In this document: piece after piece, positions 57,052-64,000 of the stretch
How the letters are laid out: every line of letters starts with the position of its first letter
How positions within the stretch are numbered: position 1 is the first letter of the stretch
Assembly: GCA_943787795.1 (NCBI GenBank)
Contig: CALSNU010000003.1
Coordinates: forward strand, 32,001-96,000
Direction of reading: 5' to 3'
Length of the DNA stretch: 64,000 bases
Source of the DNA: an uncultured bacterium
GTDB lineage: Bacteria > Planctomycetota > UBA1135 > GCA-002686595
The notes under the pieces: model-generated
What the model was told of the DNA's origin: nothing
What the model saw: the letters and a program-made list of their open reading frames with translations, nothing else
Database searches by the model: none
Program-made: the position numbers and the translations under genes

Positions 57052-58149
57052 GTGTCCCTGCCCCTCCGCACGCTCTTTCAGCTCTTCTGCCTGACCGGCC
57101 TCCTGTGGGCGGTGGGGGCGCTGCCGATCCAATGCGGCGGGACCACCGTGGTGTTCCGGAGCGACCCGCAGTTTCTGTTCGACAACGTGCGCCACCTCTC
57201 GGGGCTCATGCGGGGCCGCGTCTCGCTCGACGCGGCGCCGGCGGTCGATGGCGCGGCGTGGGGCGCAGGGGGCGAGGCCGAGGCTCCCCGTCCGCTCGAC
57301 GGCCTGAGGGTCACGGTGCAGGCACAGTCCCACGATGGATCGCTCGCGATCCGCCGGGTGGCCGAGGTCAGCTCGACCGGGACCTTCGAGATCCTGGGCT
57401 TGCCTGAGGGGACCGGGTCGGTGGCGGTTCAGCTGGGCAGCGGCGCAGAGATCTGGCGCGCCGAGGGCGTGGTCTTCGGCGAAGACGTGCCCATCGATCC
57501 GCGACTGGACCCGATCCAGCTGGGCGCCAGCCTGCACTGGTTCGATCTGCGCATCTTCGACGATGAGGGCGCGCCGGCCACTGCCGGGCACCTCGTCTGG
57601 CGCGAGGCGGGTGCGGCGGAGGACGCAACGCGCGCCTTCACAGGGGACGCGGTCATCGAGCGGGGCCGCGCGATCTTTCCGGCGACCGGGCCCTGCCTCG
57701 ACGTGGTTCCCCTGGTGCCGGGAGCTGCGACCGAGCTCTTCGAGGGGCTCTTCGACGACGAGGAGATTCACCTCGGCCCAGGGGTGTTGGCCCTGTTCGA
57801 GTCCGTGGGGCCCATGCCCGACCCGGCGACCTGGAGCGTCCGGCTCTCGCTCCAGCCGAGGGAGCTCCGGCCGTCCATTGGCTACGACACGGAGGGGCCG
57901 TCCATCGGCGCCCTCGCCGGCCCCCAGGTCGTGGAGGTCAAGGACCGTGGGGCGGAGCTCGCGCTGGCCCGCGGAGGCGTGTACGCCGCGGCCTGGTGGC
58001 TCGCGCCCGTCGACCCTCGCCGGGCCATCACCCTTCGACTCGAGGGCAGCCCCGCCACGGTGGAGATCCCCTCCGAGCCAGGGCGCCATCCGGTCAAGCT
58101 GGACTTCCCGATGGAGGCGTTCCTCGAGCGGGAGGCGTCCAGCCGCTGA
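57052..58149 (+). CDS. Exported/membrane-anchored hypothetical protein with carboxypeptidase-regulatory-like beta-sandwich
   Basis: N-terminal hydrophobic helix; GRV...STGTFEILGLPEG motif. Confidence 0.65.
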   Translation: MSLPLRTLFQLFCLTGLLWAVGALPIQCGGTTVVFRSDPQFLFDNVRHLSGLMRGRVSLDAAPAVDGAAWGAGGEAEAPRPLDGLRVTVQAQSHDGSLAIRRVAEVSSTGTFEILGLPEGTGSVAVQLGSGAEIWRAEGVVFGEDVPIDPRLDPIQLGASLHWFDLRIFDDEGAPATAGHLVWREAGAAEDATRAFTGDAVIERGRAIFPATGPCLDVVPLVPGAATELFEGLFDDEEIHLGPGVLALFESVGPMPDPATWSVRLSLQPRELRPSIGYDTEGPSIGALAGPQVVEVKDRGAELALARGGVYAAAWWLAPVDPRRAITLRLEGSPATVEIPSEPGRHPVKLDFPMEAFLEREASSR

Positions 58150-58152
58150 GCA

Positions 58153-58917
58153 TCACTCGATGGACTCGATGCCCGCGGGCAGCTCGTCCACGACCGTGAA
58201 GTCGTCGATCTTCCACTCCCAACCCGCGGCGACGAGGTGGATCGAGTCAGGGTCGGCGCCCTCCGCCCTCGCGCCGAACTCGTCGATGATGACGAAGAAG
58301 CGGTCGCCCTCCTCGTCGAACCAGAACAGCTGGGAGCGGAAGGGGTCCTCCACCTGATCTCCGAACTCGGGCTCCAGCGGGCTGTCCTCGACGGAGAGCT
58401 CCCAGAAGCCCTGCCGCCGGAGCGTGACCAGCAGGTACTGGTCGTTGACCCACAGCGGGCCGGGGACCCGCGCGACGAGCAGGGCCGAGCGCTCCTGGCG
58501 GTCCAGGAACTCAGGGGCGTCCGCGCGGTAGAGAGCCCAGCGGAGCTTGGGGACCTCGCTCAGCAGCTCGTCACGGGCCTCACCGTACTTGAGGAGGGTC
58601 ACGCCGTTCCTGGCCCTCCAGCGCCGGGAAAAGCACCGGTACTCTTCCACCAACAGGTCGCCCTGAACGGCCGTACGCCAGGACTCGAAGGCCTGCTTGG
58701 GGGTTCGAAATCCATATTCCAACCCCTGTTGAACGGTAGGGGGGGGAACCGTACAGGCTGTCGTGAGTCCAACCAACAGGAGCCCCAGGAGGGCCCTCCA
58801 GCCCCTGGAAAGGGGTTCGCTGACCCATCGAGAGACCTCACCCACGGCTCCCCGCCGGGGAGCTTGCCGCGGAGGCGACATTTCGCCGCCCCCCGATTCC
58901 TGATGCATCCGATTCAT
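58153..58917 (-). CDS. Hypothetical lipoprotein (start uncertain)
   Basis: LLGLLLVGLTTAC lipobox; TPKQAF...WKI ends reminiscent of NTF2-like lipoproteins. Confidence 0.6.
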   Translation of the reverse strand: MNRMHQESGGGEMSPPRQAPRRGAVGEVSRWVSEPLSRGWRALLGLLLVGLTTACTVPPPTVQQGLEYGFRTPKQAFESWRTAVQGDLLVEEYRCFSRRWRARNGVTLLKYGEARDELLSEVPKLRWALYRADAPEFLDRQERSALLVARVPGPLWVNDQYLLVTLRRQGFWELSVEDSPLEPEFGDQVEDPFRSQLFWFDEEGDRFFVIIDEFGARAEGADPDSIHLVAAGWEWKIDDFTVVDELPAGIESIE

Positions 58918-59079
58918 ACCCGCCTGTGACTCCTGGTCCCGACCTGCCGATAACGAACGGGGGTTGACCCCCTGACACCCCTTGTAGCGATCCCGGGACC
59001 GACGGAACCTCAAAAAAGACCCGCTCCCCGTCGGTACTGCTGGCAATCTTCTAGCGCCCGAATCTCACTCGTAGAACCC

Positions 59080-60762
59080 ATGCTCGATCACGCACCCCTC
59101 AGCGCCGACGTTCGCCGCTCGAACCTCCGGACCGCCGCACGATTCTTGACCCTCGCCTCGCTGGGCCTCGCGCTCAATCTTTGGGCCGCTCCAGCCGCCC
59201 AGGCGGCGCCCCAGGACGACGCCTCGGCTCAGATACAGCAGGCCCAGGAAAAGGCCTCGGCGGAGAAGAAGGCGGCCAAGGGCCAGGACGCCCCGCAGAA
59301 GGGCGCCGCCCCGCAGAAGAGCGCCCCGGTCAAGCGAAGCCGACTCTCGGGTCGCGGTGCGCCGCCGAAGCCAGCCTCCATCCCGGGTCCCTCCCGGAGC
59401 ACCCGCGGCGGCATCGTCGCGCCCGTGGCGGTCCCCGCCAACGGAGCGAAGAAGGGTTCAGGGATGGACCTCAGCGAGAAGGCCGCCAAGTCGGGCGGAG
59501 GGATCCCGGCTCCGCTGCCGACTGCCGCGGGGATGACGCCCGAGCAGCTGGACCAAAAGGCCAAGTACGAGGCCAAGTTGAAGCAAGCGCAGGGCAAGAA
59601 GCCTGCCGCTGCGCCGCGCCCCCCGCGGAATCCGAACGCCAAGCTGGAGATCCCCTTCGGCATGGAGAAGCACGACTTCGGTCGCGCGCGGCAGGGTGAC
59701 CTGCTGATCCACACCTTCAAGCTCAAGAGCAACGGCGCCGAGCCGGTGGTCATCTCCCAGGCCAGCCCGACCTGCGGCTGCACGCTGGGGGAGGTCAAGG
59801 TCCTCGCCGAGGGTGAGGAGGTCCCCGCGCTCTACACCTTCGGTGATGCCATCGAGCCCGGCTCGGAGGTCCAAATCAGCGCGACGCTCGACACCAAGAG
59901 CAAGAAGAACAAGACCAACGTCCGGATCAACGTCTACTCGAACGACGGGAAGACCGGGGTCACCATGCTCTCCCTCGCGGCGAACGTGGAGCCGTTCCTG
60001 GTGGCCTCGCCGCCGTTCCTTCAGTTTGGCCAGATCCGCGAGGGCACCGAGCGGACCGGAACGATCGACTTCCGGACGTCGACCGGGGACCGCATCATGC
60101 TCTCCCAGGACCCGACCCGGCCGATCCCGCTCCCCGCGGGACTGTCCATGGACTTCGCCCCGGTCAATGCGGACGACTCGGGCAAGGCCAGCGTCTGGCG
60201 CGCCACCTTCACCGTCGCGAAGGACTCGCCAGAGGGCGGGAAGAGCTACGCCGTGCGCCTCAACAGCGACGTCGAGCTGCCCAAGAATCCCGGCCTGCCG
60301 GACAAGGCGGCCGGAAAGGCCGGGGCGCCGACCGTCTACCAGGTCACCGCCAACGTCAACTACACGATCCTCGGCGCCATCTCGCTCCAGACGCAGTACC
60401 TGTCCCTCGGCCTCGTCCGGCCGGACCAGCCGGTGGTCCGCAACGTGCGCCTGACCTGCCACGAGGCTGACTTCGACCTGTCCAACGTCAAGGCGACGCT
60501 GACGGGCGAGGGGAATCAACCCCTCCAGTGGGCGGACCGCTTCAAGGTCAGCGTCAAGCCGGTCAGCGGGAGCAACGCGGTCGACATCGAGCTGCGGCTC
60601 AACGGGCTCCCGGCGGACGCTGACGGCTCCTTCCGGGGCCGCATCGCGATCGAGACCGGGCACCCGACCAAGCCCTCCGAGTTCGTGCGCTTCTCCGGGG
60701 TCTGTCGCAAGACGGCTCGCAACGTCGCGCGTCCCGTACCGAGCGGAAAGAAGGGGGGCTGA
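59080..60762 (+). CDS. Secreted DUF1573/Ig-like domain protein
   Basis: Signal peptide, Lys/Ala/Pro linker, HDFG...F.LK.NG.EPV.I...SPTCGCT, VYSND. Confidence 0.85.
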   Translation: MLDHAPLSADVRRSNLRTAARFLTLASLGLALNLWAAPAAQAAPQDDASAQIQQAQEKASAEKKAAKGQDAPQKGAAPQKSAPVKRSRLSGRGAPPKPASIPGPSRSTRGGIVAPVAVPANGAKKGSGMDLSEKAAKSGGGIPAPLPTAAGMTPEQLDQKAKYEAKLKQAQGKKPAAAPRPPRNPNAKLEIPFGMEKHDFGRARQGDLLIHTFKLKSNGAEPVVISQASPTCGCTLGEVKVLAEGEEVPALYTFGDAIEPGSEVQISATLDTKSKKNKTNVRINVYSNDGKTGVTMLSLAANVEPFLVASPPFLQFGQIREGTERTGTIDFRTSTGDRIMLSQDPTRPIPLPAGLSMDFAPVNADDSGKASVWRATFTVAKDSPEGGKSYAVRLNSDVELPKNPGLPDKAAGKAGAPTVYQVTANVNYTILGAISLQTQYLSLGLVRPDQPVVRNVRLTCHEADFDLSNVKATLTGEGNQPLQWADRFKVSVKPVSGSNAVDIELRLNGLPADADGSFRGRIAIETGHPTKPSEFVRFSGVCRKTARNVARPVPSGKKGG

Positions 60763-60921
60763 CCCCAGGCCGGGAGCCGGCTCACAACAGGTCCTCGAGG
60801 GCGGACACGTTTCCGGCTCTCGGGCGGTACCATCAGGGGCCGCGGGGGATATTCCCCGCGGCCCCTCTCCTGTTCCACCGCGCCATCGCGCGCCACCCCT
60901 CCCCTCAACCGCAGACCCTCC

Positions 60922-62625
60922 GTGAGCCAGGACCTCGGTGAAATCCTCGTAGCCTCCGGCGCGCTCCAGGAGGTCGACCTTCAGCGCGCGAGGGCCCATC
61001 AGCGCAACGGTGGCGTGGCCCTCGAGGAGGCGTTGGCCTCCCTCGGACTCGTGGATGAGCCCACCGTCTATCGGGCGCTCGCCAAGGCGGAGGGCATGCC
61101 GTTTGTGGACCTCTCCAAGGGCAAGGTCGCGGACGAGGTCGTGGGGCAGGTCCCCTCTGAGTTCGCCACCGAGCAAGGGATCATGCCCGTGATGGAGAAG
61201 GGGGGCCGACTGATCGTCGCCATCGACGACCCCTTCAAGCGGATCGTCGCCGACCAGCTGCAGTTCCTCCTGGGGGACCTGGAGGTCTCCTGCGCGATCG
61301 CCACGCCTTCGGCCCTCAAGGCTGCCATCGCGACGGCCTACGGCGCCGGGGTCGAGGACGCCGTGGCGGAGTCCATGGGCGCCGCCGTGGACGGCGACGA
61401 CGACGAGAGCGACGCCCCGATCATCCGGCTGGTCACCAACATCTTCCGGCAGGCGCTCGACCAGCGCGCCTCGGATATCCACGTCGAGCCGGGTCACGGC
61501 CGGGTCCGTGTGCGCTATCGGGTCGACGGTCTCTTGCGTGACGCTGCCGAGCACCCCGACCACCTCTCCGCGCCGCTCATGAGCCGCCTCAAGATCATGG
61601 CGCGCATGGACATCGCGGAGAAGCGCAAGCCACAGGACGGCCGCATTGGCCTGAAGCTGGGCGGCAGAGACGTCGACGTCCGCGCGTCGATTCTCCCGTC
61701 CAACCACGGTGAGACCATGGTCATGCGGCTCCTCGATCGGGGCAAGAGCCTGCTTGGCCTCGGTGACCTTGGACTCGGCATCGACGACCAGCGTTGGTTC
61801 GGGAAGATGATCACGCGGCCCAACGGGATCGTGCTCGTGACCGGTCCCACGGGGTCGGGCAAGACGACCACGCTCTACGCGGCGCTGCAGGAGTTGAACC
61901 GCGCAGACGTGAAGATCATCACGGCCGAGGATCCGGTCGAGTACCACATCCGGGGCATCAACCAGGTGCAGGTCGAGCCGCGCATCGGGCTCTCCTTCTC
62001 TCGCATCCTGAAGGCCATGCTCCGCTGCGCGCCCAACGTGATCCTCGTGGGCGAGATCCGTGACCTTGAGACCGCCGAGATCGCGATCCAGGCGGCGTTG
62101 ACCGGACACCTGGTGTTCTCGACGCTGCACACCAACGACGCGCCGAGCGCACTCACCCGCCTCGCAGACCTCGGCGTCAAGCCCTTCCTGGTCTCGGCCT
62201 CGGTGCAGGGGGTCCTCGCCCAGCGGTTGGTTCGCCGGCTCTGCTCGGACTGCGCCGAGGCGTACACGCCGTCGGAGGTCGAGGTCAACGCGCTCGGGCT
62301 GGACCCTGGCACGGTCCTCGCGGCGGGGAGCGACGTGCGCTTCAAGCGACCGCGCGGCTGCCGCAGCTGCGAGGGGAGCGGCTACCAGGGACGAGTCGCC
62401 CTGTACGAGCTCATGAGCATGGACAACACGATCCGGGACATGACGTTCCGGGGCGCGGCCCAGGGGGACGTACGCCGGACCGCCGAGGCCTCCGGCGCGC
62501 TCCGGGGTCTCGTCGAAGACGGCGCGCGGAAGGTCTCCGAGGGCGTCACCAGCGTGACCGAGGTACTCCGAGTCGTGGGTACTGACGGTCTGACTCCCGA
62601 GGAGGAGGCGTCCCTCTCGGCCTGA
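60922..62625 (+). CDS. pilB: GspE/PilB-family assembly ATPase
   Basis: ASDIHVEP, RYRVDG, PQDGRI, GPTGSGKTTTLY, EDPVEY, GEIRD.ETA, HTNDA, tetracysteine LCSDC...GCRSC. Confidence 0.92.
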   Translation: MSQDLGEILVASGALQEVDLQRARAHQRNGGVALEEALASLGLVDEPTVYRALAKAEGMPFVDLSKGKVADEVVGQVPSEFATEQGIMPVMEKGGRLIVAIDDPFKRIVADQLQFLLGDLEVSCAIATPSALKAAIATAYGAGVEDAVAESMGAAVDGDDDESDAPIIRLVTNIFRQALDQRASDIHVEPGHGRVRVRYRVDGLLRDAAEHPDHLSAPLMSRLKIMARMDIAEKRKPQDGRIGLKLGGRDVDVRASILPSNHGETMVMRLLDRGKSLLGLGDLGLGIDDQRWFGKMITRPNGIVLVTGPTGSGKTTTLYAALQELNRADVKIITAEDPVEYHIRGINQVQVEPRIGLSFSRILKAMLRCAPNVILVGEIRDLETAEIAIQAALTGHLVFSTLHTNDAPSALTRLADLGVKPFLVSASVQGVLAQRLVRRLCSDCAEAYTPSEVEVNALGLDPGTVLAAGSDVRFKRPRGCRSCEGSGYQGRVALYELMSMDNTIRDMTFRGAAQGDVRRTAEASGALRGLVEDGARKVSEGVTSVTEVLRVVGTDGLTPEEEASLSA

Positions 62626-62673
62626 CGGCTGTCGCCGTCGAGGACGCAGCGGGCGAAGGCCCAACAAGCTCCC

Positions 62674-63723
62674 ATGAATGCCAAGGAACTGATGACCCTG
62701 TCGATCGAGGTCGGCGCCTCGGACCTCCACCTGAACCCCGGCCGGCCACCTGTCGGACGGGTCGACGGCAAGCTCGTGTCCCTGTCCACGGAGACGGTCG
62801 ACGACGCCACGGCGGAGCGCTGGTGTCGTGAGCTTTGCGACGACAAGCACTGGGATGAGCTGCAGGAGGTGGGCACCACCGATATCGGCCTGGCCCACGA
62901 GTCGGGGACCCGCTTCAGGGTGAGCTGCATGAAGCAGCGCGGGCGCTTCGGCGCCGTCCTGCGCCTGATCCCGAGCGACCTCCTGACGTTCGATCAGATC
63001 GGCCTGCCGGACACCGTGCAGCAGCTGCTGCGCCGCCCGCGGGGCCTGGTCCTGGTCACCGGGCCGACCGGCTCAGGCAAGTCCACCACGCTGGCGACGA
63101 TGATCGACTGGATCAACCAGAGCCTCGACCGGCACATCATCACGATCGAGGACCCGATCGAGTTCTATCATCGCCACGGCCAGGGGCTGGTCACGCAGCG
63201 CGAGGTCGGCCAGGACGTGCCGGACTTCCCCGAGGCCATGCGGCGCGCCCTTCGCCAGGACCCCGACGTGATCCTGCTCGGGGAGATGCGAGACCTGGAC
63301 ACCATCTCCGCGGCGCTCACCGCAGCCGAGACGGGCCACCTGGTCTTCGGCACGCTGCACACCACGGGTAGCGCCCGGACGATCAACCGGATCATCGACG
63401 CCTACCCGGCGAACCAGCAGGAGCAGGTCCGGGCCCAGCTCAGCGTCGCGCTGGTCGCGGTGGTGAGCCAGGTGCTCATGCCGAAGGACGGCGGCAAGGG
63501 GCGCGTGGCGGGCTTCGAGGTGATGATCAACAACCCCGCCATCGCGAACCTCATCCGGAAGAACGAGACGAACAAGATCCAGTCCACCATCCAGACCTCC
63601 AAGCGCATGGGCATGGTGACCCTGGACGACTACCTCATGGACCTCGTGCGCGAAGGCGAGATCTCTGCGCAGACGGCCCTCGACTACGCCCAGGACCCCA
63701 GGGATCTGGAGGCGCGGCTGTGA
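62674..63723 (+). CDS. pilT: Type IV pilus retraction ATPase PilT
   Basis: ASDLHL, GPTGSGKSTTLA, TIEDPIEF, QREVG, LRQDPDVI, AETGHLVFGTLHT, AIANLIR. Confidence 0.95.
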   Translation: MNAKELMTLSIEVGASDLHLNPGRPPVGRVDGKLVSLSTETVDDATAERWCRELCDDKHWDELQEVGTTDIGLAHESGTRFRVSCMKQRGRFGAVLRLIPSDLLTFDQIGLPDTVQQLLRRPRGLVLVTGPTGSGKSTTLATMIDWINQSLDRHIITIEDPIEFYHRHGQGLVTQREVGQDVPDFPEAMRRALRQDPDVILLGEMRDLDTISAALTAAETGHLVFGTLHTTGSARTINRIIDAYPANQQEQVRAQLSVALVAVVSQVLMPKDGGKGRVAGFEVMINNPAIANLIRKNETNKIQSTIQTSKRMGMVTLDDYLMDLVREGEISAQTALDYAQDPRDLEARL

Positions 63724-64000
63724 CCGAAGGAGGACCCTCTCCGGGCCGCCCGCTCCTCGGGCAGGTCCTCAAGGCCCGCGGGATCATCCGTGAGAGTCAG
63801 GTGCAGGCCGCCCTCGGCGAGCAGCGCACCCACGGCGGGCTGATCGGTCAGGCGCTGGTCGAGATGGGGGCGTGCACGCCCGGGGACCTCGCGCTGGCCC
63901 TCGCCGAGCAGGCGGGGATGGAGACCGTTGACCTGAGCCAGGAGCGCCCGACGGAGGAGGCGATCGGCACCATCGATGGTTCGGCCGCGCACGCCTACGG
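63720..64000 (+). CDS. N-terminus of a probable second GspE/PilB-like ATPase (MshEN-like domain), partial
   Basis: GTG overlapping the pilT stop; LLGQVLKARGII...ALGEQ...LIGQALVEMG...LALALAEQAG; runs off the window, so the ATPase domain is not visible. Confidence 0.8.
   Translation, partial: MTEGGPSPGRPLLGQVLKARGIIRESQVQAALGEQRTHGGLIGQALVEMGACTPGDLALALAEQAGMETVDLSQERPTEEAIGTIDGSAAHAY

Noticed and set aside
59458..62898. 1146-aa antisense ORF and similar long ORFs (11151..13583, 21659..24049, 29231..31723, 13580..15421)
   Set aside because: Shadow frames of well-supported opposite-strand genes, expected in high-GC DNA; no recognisable motifs.

Overview
A very GC-rich bacterial chromosomal segment with about 50 genes, no recognisable prophage, IS, integrase or CRISPR array. 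Gene content suggests a marine Planctomycetota of the OM190/UBA1135 type (inference from gene families only). In order: a serB-like phosphatase and class-V aminotransferase followed by a tRNA-Sec gene; an nfeD/nfeD-like/floA/yqfB-like/EVE operon; an Hc1-like histone-like protein; mqnB and mqnD (mqnD fused to DUF952); a 6x CARDB lipoprotein; two different RecQ helicases; a proteasome-beta/HslV-like Ntn protease; two tandem secreted DUF1028 Ntn-hydrolase paralogues; a 4-hydroxybenzoyl-CoA-reductase-like hcrCAB molybdoenzyme; a beta-1,3-glucan locus (MFS, GH16, GH149-like phosphorylase); a radical SAM/twitch enzyme; a Ski2/HelY-like helicase; an orphan FtsQ-like gene; rplM-rpsI-yebC; a degenerate GGDEF protein; a Ser/Thr kinase coupled to an ECF sigma carrying its own zinc finger; and the start of a pilB-pilT-pilB cluster. 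The strongest candidate for an undescribed system is a 140-aa C-terminal domain shared (83/140 identical by hand count, ungapped) by two otherwise unrelated secreted proteins, which behaves like a C-terminal sorting or surface-anchoring module. Other notable items: a RecQ with a PcrA/UvrD-like Tudor tail and a lost Zn site, the MqnD-DUF952 fusion, several secreted pseudo-enzymes, apparent leaderless genes, a structured intergenic RNA candidate, and a high density of short tandem arrays. All family calls come from motif recognition by eye; no searches were run.
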